The notes beneath the pieces are model-generated. The model did not search any database and was not told the DNA's origin. It was given only the letters and a program-made list of their open reading frames with translations. A stretch of 64,000 nt of DNA from Staphylococcus phage AH12. Made by a program: the position numbers and the translations under genes. This document shows, piece after piece, positions 44,124 through 54,896 of the stretch. The stretch lies in the sequence record OR455461.1; one strand, written 5' to 3'. Each line of letters opens with the position of its first letter. Position 1 is the stretch's first letter.

Positions 44124-45881
44124 ATGAGTGAACATAAGAAAAATAAAAAGTTGGTATCAAATATAGTAGATGAAGATTCATACAAAGAAATAGCTGAATT
44201 AACAATTGATACTATTTCTGGAACATTAATGAAATCATTAGGTTATTATGGTTCTACTACAATATTTGATGACGGTATTAGTAGATTTGTAACTAAAGAC
44301 GGATATAATATTTTAAAGAATATTAGATTTCAAGACACTATTGCTGCAGCAATATTAAACTTCATTAAAGAAGTTTCATTATCACTAGTTAAAACTGTAG
44401 GTGATGGATCTACTTCTTCAGTAATTAATTCTCAAGCTATGTTTAAAGAAATTAATGCTAGATTAAAAGAAAAAGATGATTTAGGTGGATTTTCTCGTAA
44501 AGAAATTTCAGATTCATTAAATAACATGAAAGATTTAATTACAGAAGGTTTAAAAGATAAATCTATAGAAATTAATGAAGATAATTTCTATAAATTAAAA
44601 AATATTGCTACAGTATCAAATAATAATGATGAAAAATTAGGTGAAATGGTTTACGAAATTTTTTCTCAAATAGGTAAAAATGGTTTTATCACACCTGAAA
44701 TTTCAGACAATGAAGAAGATTACTACTCATTAACTAAAGGTATTGAGAAAAATAATGCTCTATTAGATAATAAATTAATTAATGATAAAGAAAATCATTC
44801 AGTTGATTTTAATAAACCTCATGTAGTAGTAGTTAATGATAAACTAAAAGAAGAAGACATTAAATGGTGTAGTGAGATTGTTACTTCATTACAACCTTTC
44901 TCTAGTAAAGGTTTAGTATTTGTTGCACCTAGCTTTTCTAAAGAGTTTATTAGTTGGGTAAAAGTATTATTAAATGCTAACCGTAATAATGGAGGTTTAA
45001 AAGCAGCTGAAGCTGAATTTGAATTATCTGTAGCATCTTACAGTAAAGACCCTGAAGAATTAGAAGATCTTGCAATATATGTAGGTTCAAATGTTATTGA
45101 TATGACAATAGATCCAGAAGATTTTAAAAAGAATATTGTTGATAAATTAGAGGATTCTAGAAGTAATCCATTAAATTGGATGGAATTCCAACAACAATAT
45201 GTAGGGCGTACTGAAAGATTTGTAATTGATTCTTTTAAAACTCAAATCATTGAAGGTCATGGTAATAAAACTGAAACTGGTTCTAGAAGATTGAAAGATC
45301 GTATTGCAGAAATAAATAACGAAATTAGTTATTTTGCAGATATGAATTCAGAACAAGCTATTGGAGAGATTACTACATTACAACGTAGAGCTAATTCTTT
45401 AAATAGTGCAATTGCTAAATTATATGTGGGTGGTTCTTCTCAAGCAGAAAAAATCTCTCGTAAATACTTAGTGGAAGATTCAGTGCATGCTTCTAAATCA
45501 GCATTGAAATTTGGTTATGTATCTGGAGGAAATCTATCAGTAAATAAAGTTATCAAAGATATTGATACAGAAAAATTATCTGATTTAGATAGATTAGTCC
45601 TAGACTTAATTGATATTTCTTCTCGTGAAGTATATCACAAAGTATTAGAAAACTTTAATAGATTTAAAAAACCTGAAATAGAATCTATGACTCAGACTTG
45701 TATTAGTAAAGATGCAATTTATAATATTAAAACTGCCGAATATGAAGATGATGTAGAAACTGATATTATAAACTCTGTAGAAACAGATATTAAAATATTA
45801 GAAACTACAATTAGTATCATTGGTTTAATTTCATTAAGTAACCAATTCTTAACTAATTCTTTAATTATTCCACAAGATTAA
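44124..45881 (+). CDS. GroEL-like (Cpn60 family) chaperonin
   Basis: LGYYGSTTIFDDGISRFVTKDGYNILKNI...VKTVGDGSTSSVINSQAMF aligns to GroEL [30 protein letters not shown]...AAGDGTTTATVLAQAI; 585 aa; terminator hairpin plus T-run at 45894-45938. Confidence 0.6.
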   Translation: MSEHKKNKKLVSNIVDEDSYKEIAELTIDTISGTLMKSLGYYGSTTIFDDGISRFVTKDGYNILKNIRFQDTIAAAILNFIKEVSLSLVKTVGDGSTSSVINSQAMFKEINARLKEKDDLGGFSRKEISDSLNNMKDLITEGLKDKSIEINEDNFYKLKNIATVSNNNDEKLGEMVYEIFSQIGKNGFITPEISDNEEDYYSLTKGIEKNNALLDNKLINDKENHSVDFNKPHVVVVNDKLKEEDIKWCSEIVTSLQPFSSKGLVFVAPSFSKEFISWVKVLLNANRNNGGLKAAEAEFELSVASYSKDPEELEDLAIYVGSNVIDMTIDPEDFKKNIVDKLEDSRSNPLNWMEFQQQYVGRTERFVIDSFKTQIIEGHGNKTETGSRRLKDRIAEINNEISYFADMNSEQAIGEITTLQRRANSLNSAIAKLYVGGSSQAEKISRKYLVEDSVHASKSALKFGYVSGGNLSVNKVIKDIDTEKLSDLDRLVLDLIDISSREVYHKVLENFNRFKKPEIESMTQTCISKDAIYNIKTAEYEDDVETDIINSVETDIKILETTISIIGLISLSNQFLTNSLIIPQD

Positions 45882-45893
45882 AATTTAAACTCT

Positions 45894-45938
45894 ACCGAAA
45901 CCATTATGAATTTAATTAATGGTTTCGGTTTATTTTTG
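45894..45938 (+). terminator. intrinsic terminator after the chaperonin gene
   Basis: accgaaaccatta-tgaatttaat-taatggtttcggt followed by ttatttttg. Confidence 0.55.
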
Positions 45939-46056
45939 CAAATCAATTAAAATTATATACATTTTTAAAATTTTGATTTTTATTAAACTTTTATTTGCTT
46001 TTTTATAAAATTTTTGTTATAATTAAAAATGTAGTAGAAAACAAGGAGGAATTTTA

Positions 46057-46824
46057 TTGGTTAATATGACAGCTTCACAATTCCTTAAAAACCCTACAGG
46101 AAAAGGTTCAGCTACAGTAGCTAGACGTGATCGTATTATTTTAGATATGAGAACACGATTTTCTTATCTATATAAGAAAAATAAAAGAAATTTTAAATTA
46201 AAGATATTTCTTCATCAAGAAAACTATTATTTCTATTTTCAAATACCTTCAGAAGATTACTTCAAAGATGAATTACATTATGACGTAATCATAGAATTCA
46301 GACCACCTAATGAAAAAGCAGCTAAAACTAAAGATCTTAATAATTATTTAATAAGATTTATAAGTAACTCTCCAAACTTTATGTTTACATATGGTTACTT
46401 ATATAATAAAGATGATTTACTTATTAGTTGGCTGAGTTATAAATTAGGTAAAAAAGCTTTAACTCAAGCTCCAGTTGTTAGAAACCCTAGACATGAATAC
46501 GGATTTGAGAAATCAGTTTATTTTGCACTATTGTATTTAGAAACAAATCCTAAAGCATTAAAAAATCCTTTACATTTAACATTACCAAATAGACAAAGAA
46601 TTAAGAAAACTTTTATGCCTTCAGATTTAAAGTTAAAAGAATACAATAGAATTAAAAAACAAAATACTCAAAAAGAAAAGAATAAAAATATTGTAACTAA
46701 GCAAATAAGTAATCAATTAGATAAAAGACGACAAGAACAGCAGAGGAAAACAAAACCAATCAATCGTAAATCCAAACCTATTGGAAAAGTTAAAAAGGTA
46801 AAGACTACCAAAAAGAGAAAATAA
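46057..46824 (+). CDS. hypothetical protein with a highly basic C-terminal tail
   Basis: 255 aa; C-terminal KRRQEQQRKTKPINRKSKPIGKVKKVKTTKKRK. Confidence 0.45.
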   Translation: MVNMTASQFLKNPTGKGSATVARRDRIILDMRTRFSYLYKKNKRNFKLKIFLHQENYYFYFQIPSEDYFKDELHYDVIIEFRPPNEKAAKTKDLNNYLIRFISNSPNFMFTYGYLYNKDDLLISWLSYKLGKKALTQAPVVRNPRHEYGFEKSVYFALLYLETNPKALKNPLHLTLPNRQRIKKTFMPSDLKLKEYNRIKKQNTQKEKNKNIVTKQISNQLDKRRQEQQRKTKPINRKSKPIGKVKKVKTTKKRK

Positions 46825-46914
46825 AGTTAAATATATATTATAAAAATGTATTTAATATAGTAATTTTAAATACGCTTATCATTTTATTAATTATCTAAGG
46901 AGAGTGTGTCTTAA

Positions 46915-48660
46915 TTGGAAAACAATAAAGTCGTAGAGAGAGAAGCTTTAAGAGAAGAAGATTTAAATTTGAATGAAATAGAAGAAAAGGTAGAAGAAAA
47001 GAAAGAAATACCTTTGTTATCTAGTAATGTTTTTAAATTAAAACCGGTTAAAGGTAATTTTGAGTTTACAAATAAGTATATTAATTCAATAGACTTAGAA
47101 ACTTATGAGAAAGAAGTAACTCAGAAAAATGGTAATAAGAAGATTGAAACTAAAATCATTCAGCGAGATGATATTGAAGAATTAATAAAATTTGTTGATG
47201 ATACTAATGATACATTATTCATTAATGTACATAAGATATTAAACAAACCTAATTTGAATACTGATTATGTTAATGACATATTTACAATCCAAATCAAACA
47301 ACGTTCTTATAAGAGTATATTAGAGTACATTGTCAATGACATGAATTTTATATTTAATGAAATACCACATATCATATTAAAATGTGCTAATATTTGTCAA
47401 AAAATATTTAGTAAAAAAGATGAATATAGTGAAGAAGAATTCTTCCAAGATATTCAAGATTTAATTGAAGATGAAGATTTAAGAAATGTTGTTTGTACTA
47501 TCGTTAATGATAATTATTCCATTGATTTAGATAAGACAAATGCTGAAGCAATGTTACAAAGTAAAAAAATCATTAAAAAAGATTTACAAGTTACAGACCA
47601 AGTCAATAAGTCATTTTTATCAACTGCATTATTGCAAAGATTTATTATACCTTTTATTAATCAGTATTATGTACTTACTAATAAATATCATTGTAAGAAT
47701 ACAGATGAAGATAAAGAGAGAACTAAGAATGGATATTTTAAAGCATTTAATTATTGTATGTGTATTACATCTTTAGATTATAATGTAGCTAATAATAATA
47801 AACTTTATAAGATAGTAGAACCTAAAGTAATTAAAACAAAATATAATGACAGAGTTATGTGGAAGTTTTTAGATTTACGTTCTATAGATCCAGATACAGT
47901 AATCAATAAAATAATGGATAAGATTATAAGACAAATAGTATGTAAATTATTAGTTGATACTTCTGCAGTATCTTATTTCACTTCTGTTATCAAATTCTCA
48001 ATAGATTATGAATTCCAATTCAAATATCCTATTAAGTTCAGATCAATTAAATTAACTACAGATGATGACGATGATGAAGATGGTTTTGATAAATTCCAAA
48101 TGAATAATTTCTTTAAGCAAAATGAAAGATTAGATATTGCTAATAAAATAACTATTGATCGTTATATCACTGAAAAATTAAAAGAATTAAATATCAGTGA
48201 AGAATATATTAAGCATTTATATGACAAATTTGATTATATAAATGATTTACAATCTCATTTAATTAAAGTTTATTTTGCTGAGCATTTTGATGTTAATACA
48301 AATGATAGAAAGAGCATTGTATCATTATTAGCAATTATGTCTAAAGAATTAATTGAAAATAATATGGATACTTTAGGTAAGATAGTTGCTTCAAAAGTAG
48401 TTTCTGGAACTAAAGCTAAGAATGTGGGTAAATTATCATTAGATGTTATTGCAGATAAATACTATGTATCTGCTTGGGATAAATATAAATTTATTAATGA
48501 TATTACTGAAAAAGATAATTTCATATTAAGAATTGCATTAGTTAATGGTTACAAGTTTAGTTATACTCCTGAAGATTTAAATTCTGAAGAAGAAGTAATT
48601 GCTGATATTGATAAAAAATATTTCATTTCTGAAGTATCACAATTTATATCAAATTATTAA
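46915..48660 (+). CDS. hypothetical protein
   Basis: 581-aa ORF. Confidence 0.45.
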   Translation: MENNKVVEREALREEDLNLNEIEEKVEEKKEIPLLSSNVFKLKPVKGNFEFTNKYINSIDLETYEKEVTQKNGNKKIETKIIQRDDIEELIKFVDDTNDTLFINVHKILNKPNLNTDYVNDIFTIQIKQRSYKSILEYIVNDMNFIFNEIPHIILKCANICQKIFSKKDEYSEEEFFQDIQDLIEDEDLRNVVCTIVNDNYSIDLDKTNAEAMLQSKKIIKKDLQVTDQVNKSFLSTALLQRFIIPFINQYYVLTNKYHCKNTDEDKERTKNGYFKAFNYCMCITSLDYNVANNNKLYKIVEPKVIKTKYNDRVMWKFLDLRSIDPDTVINKIMDKIIRQIVCKLLVDTSAVSYFTSVIKFSIDYEFQFKYPIKFRSIKLTTDDDDDEDGFDKFQMNNFFKQNERLDIANKITIDRYITEKLKELNISEEYIKHLYDKFDYINDLQSHLIKVYFAEHFDVNTNDRKSIVSLLAIMSKELIENNMDTLGKIVASKVVSGTKAKNVGKLSLDVIADKYYVSAWDKYKFINDITEKDNFILRIALVNGYKFSYTPEDLNSEEEVIADIDKKYFISEVSQFISNY

Positions 48661-48677
48661 AAAAAAAATAATTTTAA

Positions 48678-48728
48678 ATCCCATACACTCAATTATAGAG
48701 TGTATGGGATATTTTTGTTTTTTTTTTA
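48678..48728. terminator. bidirectional terminator (hairpin atcccatacactc/agtgtatgggat flanked by an A-run and a T-run) between convergent genes
   Basis: aaaaaaaata...atcccatacactc-aattatag-agtgtatgggat-atttttgttttttttt. Confidence 0.55.
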
Positions 48729-49868
48729 GTTTCTGTTAATTTCTCCTTCAAATAAATAATCTATATTTATAAATGAATTTATAAATAATTCATCATTAAG
48801 TCTTTTTATTTCTAAGGGATCATTAAAATCTATTATTTGAGAAGATAAAATATTTTGTATCTTACTCCCATCAATTTCATCAACAATGTGTTTTTGATCA
48901 AATAACTTAAAGCGTTTGATTAACTCTTCTAATTTTTCTTCTTTTAAATAATCTTTAAAAGTATCTCTTAAAAGTGTCTCATTATTATATTCTTTTAAAG
49001 GAGATAATTTTGTATCTTCTATCATTCTATCTAATAGTTTAATTGTAGTTACTGGACCATATCCAGATATAGATTTGTATTCTTGATCTTTATGATCTGA
49101 AAATAAGTTAAAAATATCTATGATACCAGAATCAATATTCATAAAATCATTAATATCTTTCTTTGTACTGGAACTGAATATTTCCCCTTTTATATTTTCT
49201 TTAGATATAACCTTGCTCTTTTCAGACCCTCGTAATTCTAAAAGTAATAGTCTATCTTTATAATCTAATAATTGTCTATATATTTTATCATTACTTACAA
49301 TTAAAGAATAATCATTTTCATTATCTATAGTTGTTTTTTCCATAATATAATAAGGTAATATAGTAGGTTCTATTTTATAAGTATCAATATAATATGCATT
49401 AGGTATATACTTTACGATTGTTTTAACTAATTCTAATGTTATTGATATAGTCTTATTTATATCTCTATAAGTTATATTATCTTCATTCATTTTCTTGTAG
49501 TATTCTTTTTTATAATCAGGATCAAATGAAGTGTGATATATTGATTCTTTATCTGAATAGAATAAAAAGAATCTAGAATGCATATTTAATCTACTTGCAA
49601 AGAAATGTCTATAATGTCCTATAATATTTACTAATTCAACAACTAAATTTAATCTATTTTTAGTTTTTAAATGAGTAAAATTCTCTGAAACTTGAGGAGA
49701 ATATAATTGCTTAATAACATTATTAATGTCTATATAAATGGTTACATTGTTGTTATTAGTATTTCCTCTAAATCTTCCTCCTTCTATATAAGGTCTAACC
49801 AATTCTGTCATTTTATTGTAATTTAATTTTTTAGAATTTATTATTCTTTCAATTATTTCTACATCCAT
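48726..49868 (-). CDS. hypothetical protein
   Basis: 380-aa ORF. Confidence 0.45.
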   Translation of the reverse strand: MDVEIIERIINSKKLNYNKMTELVRPYIEGGRFRGNTNNNNVTIYIDINNVIKQLYSPQVSENFTHLKTKNRLNLVVELVNIIGHYRHFFASRLNMHSRFFLFYSDKESIYHTSFDPDYKKEYYKKMNEDNITYRDINKTISITLELVKTIVKYIPNAYYIDTYKIEPTILPYYIMEKTTIDNENDYSLIVSNDKIYRQLLDYKDRLLLLELRGSEKSKVISKENIKGEIFSSSTKKDINDFMNIDSGIIDIFNLFSDHKDQEYKSISGYGPVTTIKLLDRMIEDTKLSPLKEYNNETLLRDTFKDYLKEEKLEELIKRFKLFDQKHIVDEIDGSKIQNILSSQIIDFNDPLEIKRLNDELFINSFINIDYLFEGEINRN

Positions 49869-49968
49869 TGATTATCTACATCCTTTCAGTATTATAATAT
49901 ATAATTAATTATTCATTTGTAAATTTATAAAAATCCATGTATAGCAATAACATCATTTTATTAATGAT

Positions 49969-51261
49969 ATGAAGAAGAAAGTCGGTGAAAAAGAGTTGAT
50001 AGAAAGTTTAGTAAGTAAGAAATTGTTTAATATAAAACTTATAGCATTATATTCTGATGGAACAACAGAAGATATTTCTCAGTATGTTAAACGTTCTAGA
50101 ATTGAAATGAACTTCCAAGAGTACATTATGCCTTATTATAGATTTATATTAAGACCTCCTAAAGAGACTATTATAAAAATAAATACAGATAGAGAAAAAG
50201 TTGTATTTTCATTTAGTTCTAATATGACAACTAATGATACAGAAGATGTTAAATTAGATGTTCCTTTTCATGAAGAAATAATTTTAAAACCCTTAATGGA
50301 TTTAAATAATATTATTGATTATGATGATAGAATTACTAAAGATGATAATGATCGTAAAAATCTATTTGATAGATATGAAATGGTTGCAATATCAGAAGAA
50401 ATATTAAAAACAAATAAACCTATAGTATCTGGTATATACAATAATTGTACTGTAAGTGAAGTAGTTACTGATTTATTATCTCAATTTAATAATAGGGATA
50501 TATATTTTCATGAAGTTGATAATAATAGAATATATGAACAGATAATGTTATTACCTGCAAATATATATGATAATCTTAAATTCATAGATGACGTTTATGG
50601 AATATATGACAGAGAGATAAAATTATTTAATCATCATACAGGTTTAAATATATTACCTATGTCAGGATTTGATCCTAATACAATTGGTAAAGTTAAAATA
50701 CAAGTTAGGTTTCCATCAAATCAAACTGATGAAGAAATAATAGAAGGTAGTTACGAACAGATAAATCAATTAGATGATACTATAAGAAATAAAAACATAA
50801 TAACTAAAATTAATAATGTTAGTTTAGTGGATAATACAAGATTATTTAATGAACTAGTTGGATCTGAAATAAATCTGTTTGGAATAGATAATGAAAATGA
50901 AGGAACAAAATTATCTACATACAGAAGAAAAATAGAAGATCGTAATGGAGAAGTTAATAAAGTTAAAGTATATGATGATATATTTGATAACGATTACAGT
51001 TTAAAGAAAGAATTCAATAATAGTAAAGATATAATATTAAGAATGCAATTAAATGATGTAGACCTAACATTAGAAGATACATTTAAACAATTTGACATAG
51101 AATTCTTTAATGATTACTATAAACATTATAATGGAATATATGAACTTCTTGGAGTTAATCAAGAGTTTAAAAATGCTAGTAAAGCATTAGTTTTAAGTAG
51201 CTTTATAACTTTAAGAAAAGTATCAGATCATTCTTTTACAAAAAATAATCCCAATACCTAA
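49969..51261 (+). CDS. hypothetical protein
   Basis: 430-aa ORF. Confidence 0.45.
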   Translation: MKKKVGEKELIESLVSKKLFNIKLIALYSDGTTEDISQYVKRSRIEMNFQEYIMPYYRFILRPPKETIIKINTDREKVVFSFSSNMTTNDTEDVKLDVPFHEEIILKPLMDLNNIIDYDDRITKDDNDRKNLFDRYEMVAISEEILKTNKPIVSGIYNNCTVSEVVTDLLSQFNNRDIYFHEVDNNRIYEQIMLLPANIYDNLKFIDDVYGIYDREIKLFNHHTGLNILPMSGFDPNTIGKVKIQVRFPSNQTDEEIIEGSYEQINQLDDTIRNKNIITKINNVSLVDNTRLFNELVGSEINLFGIDNENEGTKLSTYRRKIEDRNGEVNKVKVYDDIFDNDYSLKKEFNNSKDIILRMQLNDVDLTLEDTFKQFDIEFFNDYYKHYNGIYELLGVNQEFKNASKALVLSSFITLRKVSDHSFTKNNPNT

Positions 51262-51282
51262 TTTTAATTAAAGGTATTGGGA
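51249..51282. terminator. CCCAATACC/GGTATTGGG palindrome between convergent genes
   Basis: tcccaatacc-taattttaattaaa-ggtattggga. Confidence 0.5.
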
Positions 51283-51288
51283 TTTAAA

Positions 51289-52110
51289 TTATTGAAATGC
51301 TTTATTTCTTTGGGCATTTTCAGTTTCTACTAATTTTACACTTACACCAAAGTTAACAATAATGTTACTTAGAATGTAGTCTTGTTTTAAGAATTGTGTT
51401 GAAGCTTGACGATTCATACTGAATAATTTATTTGCTCTAGTAACGTAAGTTTTTTGTTCGTTTATTTTTTCTTTTCGGTCAGTTTTTCCTTTTTCTAATT
51501 CTTTGATTTCACCAATAGCAATTTTACTATCTTTTTGGATATCATCTTTTAGTTGTTTACATGTTTTAGCAGCACCTTTAGAGAATTTTACAAGTTGTTC
51601 ACTTTGTTTCAGTAATGTTTCAACATTTTTTAAATTACCTAAAGCGATGTGATCATCTTCTTCATTCGCACTGTTATTTTTCAATTCATCGTATTCTTTA
51701 TCAAAATCATCTGAATAGATCTTATTACTTAAATCAGTTAATTTCTTATAATTTTCTGATTTAGCTAATTTACCAATCGGTATTTCCATTTGTGATTTAG
51801 ATGCAACAAAATCTGCAATTAATTTTTTGTCTTGTTTAAGTTTAGCTAGAACTGTTGCAGCTAATTCATGTAATTTAGTTACTTTACCAAAATGTGCTAC
51901 AAAGAAAGTAGAGAATTTTTTCATAGCTTCTTGGATTGCCTTAACAATCTTAACAAAGAATTCTTTTAATTTTTTAACCGTTTTTTTAATGTTAGAATCT
52001 TTTTTATCTTTAACAACTTCTTGAACTGCTTCATTCATAGAAATTGATTCTGTAACTATTTCTATTTCTTCATTTAAAAAACTTTCTTCAATACTGACAT
52101 TTTTAATCAT
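51289..52110 (-). CDS. hypothetical protein, member 1 of a 3-gene tandem paralogous family
   Basis: N-terminal motif KEFFVKIVKAIQEAMKKFSTFFVAHF shared with 52129-52737 and 52943-53749. Confidence 0.45.
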   Translation of the reverse strand: MIKNVSIEESFLNEEIEIVTESISMNEAVQEVVKDKKDSNIKKTVKKLKEFFVKIVKAIQEAMKKFSTFFVAHFGKVTKLHELAATVLAKLKQDKKLIADFVASKSQMEIPIGKLAKSENYKKLTDLSNKIYSDDFDKEYDELKNNSANEEDDHIALGNLKNVETLLKQSEQLVKFSKGAAKTCKQLKDDIQKDSKIAIGEIKELEKGKTDRKEKINEQKTYVTRANKLFSMNRQASTQFLKQDYILSNIIVNFGVSVKLVETENAQRNKAFQ

Positions 52111-52128
52111 CTTATATTTCCACCTTTT

Positions 52129-52737
52129 TTATTTTATATATTCTTCAACTTTACTTAATAACTCATTATGACTTTTTAATGAATTATTAATGACTTTTCT
52201 ATATAATATATTTAATTTGTTCAAGTCATTAACAAGTCTTTGATTTTCTTTTATTTTTTCAGCTTCAATTTCTTTAGTAGCAAATTTAATTGAAGTTTCG
52301 GAAGCACCTTTCATAGTGTCTGAAGATATTTTAAAAGATTTAGCAAAATTCTTTGAAGCATTAAACTGTTCAAATGATTTTTCAACTACATATTTTAAAT
52401 CTAATGACATTGTTAAAGGTATTTCTAAATAATGATTATTCTCATTTAGATCCATTTCAAATTCTTTGTATTTTAAATCAAAACTACTCTTACCTGCATG
52501 TTTTAATACATCTTCATATTTCTTAAGATCTTTAGCTTTCCATATATAAAATATAGATGCTGAACCAGATAAATTACTCATTGCAACATTTATATTTTCT
52601 TTATTCTTTTCTATTTTCTTAAGTATACTTTTTGTTTTTAGTGTAGTTCTATTAAAATGCGTATTAAAGAATTTCATAAATTTAACTAATGCATTCTTAA
52701 TAAGTGATAGTATATTTAGAAAGAATTCTTTAACCAT
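52129..52737 (-). CDS. hypothetical protein, member 2 of the tandem paralogous family
   Basis: KEFFLNILSLIKNALVKFMKFFNTHF. Confidence 0.45.
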   Translation of the reverse strand: MVKEFFLNILSLIKNALVKFMKFFNTHFNRTTLKTKSILKKIEKNKENINVAMSNLSGSASIFYIWKAKDLKKYEDVLKHAGKSSFDLKYKEFEMDLNENNHYLEIPLTMSLDLKYVVEKSFEQFNASKNFAKSFKISSDTMKGASETSIKFATKEIEAEKIKENQRLVNDLNKLNILYRKVINNSLKSHNELLSKVEEYIK

Positions 52738-52896
52738 TTCAAAGAAATCACCAACAGGGGATTCGTTTAAAGAATTTATATTTTCATTAAATAATATTGA
52801 TTCATTAACTATATTAATTTCTTCTTTAAGAATATCTTCCGTATAATTTTTATTAGATAATAAAATTTTAATACCCCTTTCTTATAAAAATAAATT

Positions 52897-52927
52897 GACC
52901 TAATACCCAATTTAAAGGTATTAGGTC
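52897..52927. terminator. CCTAATACCC/GGTATTAGG palindrome (CCCAATACC family variant)
   Basis: gacctaataccc-aatttaaa-ggtattaggtc. Confidence 0.45.
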
Positions 52928-52942
52928 AATAAAAATTATTTA

Positions 52943-53749
52943 TTATGCAGTTGCTGGTTTAGTTTCTTTTTTATCACTTTTTTTCCCGGCAGCATTGATA
53001 GCTTTAGCAGCCGAGAATGCAGTAGCTAAAGTTTGGTTAGAAAGTTTAATTGATTTAGATACAGCTGTACGAGATAATGAGTTAGCTTTACTAGCATTAG
53101 ATGCTACACGTTTTTTCTCATTAATAGCTTCTTTATCTTCTTTGGCAGCAGCAGCTACACCATCTTTAGCAGCTTGTTGAGCTGATTTATTAGTTTGAGA
53201 AACTAAGCTAGCTGCAGCCTTAACTTGTTTAACTGAACCGGCAGCAGCTTTAGCAGCCTTATCAGCTTCAGAGATTGTTTTAATTGAACCTTTTACAACA
53301 TTTGCCTCATCATTAAGACCAGATTTAGCATTTTCAAATCCACGATCAAAATGAGGACTATCAGCTTTAGCTAATTCTTGTAAGTTTTTCAAAGCACTTG
53401 GAGCTAATAAAGAATATTCTCTAGCTTCACTTAATTTAGCACCAGATTTAACTCCACTAATATATTTTTGAACGTTAACTACACGAGATTCTAATTTTTT
53501 ATACATTTCTACAAAGAAAGTAGTGAATTTTTTAAATGCTTCTGCAACAGCTTTAGCAATTTTAATAAAGAAATCTTTAGCTTTCTTAGCAAGTTCTCCT
53601 GCTTTTGAAGCTCCTTTTTCTTCTTCATCAGCTTCGTTTAAAGCATTAACGCTTTCTAAAACAAAAAGTTCTGTTTGAGATGCAGAAAGTTCTTCTTGTA
53701 AGAAAGACATTTCAAATGATTGATTTTGCAACATTATATTTTCCTCCAT
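52943..53749 (-). CDS. hypothetical Ala/Lys-rich protein, member 3 of the tandem paralogous family
   Basis: KDFFIKIAKAVAEAFKKFTTFFVEMY; C-terminal half is low-complexity A/K/S (AKAAAGSVKQVKAAASL...). Confidence 0.45.
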   Translation of the reverse strand: MEENIMLQNQSFEMSFLQEELSASQTELFVLESVNALNEADEEEKGASKAGELAKKAKDFFIKIAKAVAEAFKKFTTFFVEMYKKLESRVVNVQKYISGVKSGAKLSEAREYSLLAPSALKNLQELAKADSPHFDRGFENAKSGLNDEANVVKGSIKTISEADKAAKAAAGSVKQVKAAASLVSQTNKSAQQAAKDGVAAAAKEDKEAINEKKRVASNASKANSLSRTAVSKSIKLSNQTLATAFSAAKAINAAGKKSDKKETKPATA

Positions 53750-53783
53750 TTATTTTTAATTTATTTTTAATTTATTTTGATAT

Positions 53784-54896
53784 TTAGAATTTAATATCAA
53801 AATCATTTTCTAATTCTTTACTGATTTCAGAATCTATTTTTTCAGATTCAGATCTAGCTTGAACTTCAGCTACACCGTCCTCAATATCTATTTTATCAGC
53901 TAATTTACTTAATCTTTCAGCCATTTTTTCCTGTTTCTCACGTGTTGTTTTATCAATATTATTATCTTTTTCACCTTCAATAATACTAACAGCGTCACGT
54001 AAGTATTCAGCAAAATCTGAACGGAATTTAATAAATTTAATATATGCTTGCTTTGTTGCCCACATTACTAACATGGACACAGCTAATGCACCAATACTAC
54101 CAAAGATAACTAAAGATGCTTTTTGAGATCTATTTAGTGCTGTTCCAGCTTCTTTTGCTTTATTTATTGTATCTTTGCTAATATCTGCATCCATAACTTT
54201 ACCAAAATTTTCTTTATATTTATCTTTATTTTTCATAAATGATTTATACATACTATCGAAGCTCTCATTAGTATTAACAATAGAGCCATCAATTTTAAAG
54301 ATATCTCTAAATTTTTTATTTTTTTCTATCATTAATATATTATTTAAAGTCTTTAATTCAATTGAATCTTTATTCTTCAATTTATTATTAGTAATTTCTA
54401 ATATTCCTTTTTCATTTTTCTCAAAACCTAAAAAGAATATTTGAGTCACAACTAATAAAGCTGAAGCTGCAATTGATGCATATGTTATCTGACCAATTTC
54501 ATTTCCATTAGTAAAACTTTTTTTGAAATCACTTTTATATTTTTCAAGCAATTTTACAGAATTCTCAACTGTATCAAAAGCAGAAACAATGGTAGGATTA
54601 AAACCTTTAGATTTTTGAACTTTTATGTAATTAAAAGTTTTTTCAAAATCTTTATATGCTTTAATTTTCTTAAAATCACCTTTACTAGAAAGAATTGATT
54701 TTAAGTTTTTGTTTCCAGATTTTTTCAACATTTTTTCAGACATTTTAGATAAAGAATTAGCGAATGCTTCCGCTTGTTCTTCAGGTTCTAAACGTTTAAA
54801 AGGTCTGAAGGGTAAAGAGAATTCCTGTAAAACTTTTTGAGACATCGCATTTTCATTCAAGAGATGTTTACGTTCAAGTTCCACAGAGAATTCCAC
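53784..54896 (-). CDS. membrane protein (two predicted TM helices)
   Basis: ITYASIAASALLVVTQIFFLGF and VIFGSIGALAVSMLVMWA hydrophobic segments. Confidence 0.45.
   Translation of the reverse strand: MEFSVELERKHLLNENAMSQKVLQEFSLPFRPFKRLEPEEQAEAFANSLSKMSEKMLKKSGNKNLKSILSSKGDFKKIKAYKDFEKTFNYIKVQKSKGFNPTIVSAFDTVENSVKLLEKYKSDFKKSFTNGNEIGQITYASIAASALLVVTQIFFLGFEKNEKGILEITNNKLKNKDSIELKTLNNILMIEKNKKFRDIFKIDGSIVNTNESFDSMYKSFMKNKDKYKENFGKVMDADISKDTINKAKEAGTALNRSQKASLVIFGSIGALAVSMLVMWATKQAYIKFIKFRSDFAEYLRDAVSIIEGEKDNNIDKTTREKQEKMAERLSKLADKIDIEDGVAEVQARSESEKIDSEISKELENDFDIKF

Noticed and set aside
48726-49868. Possible RNase H/FEN or RNA ligase assignment for the 380-aa protein
   Set aside because: No GYEADD-type or KxDG ligase motif could be found by eye, so it is left as hypothetical.
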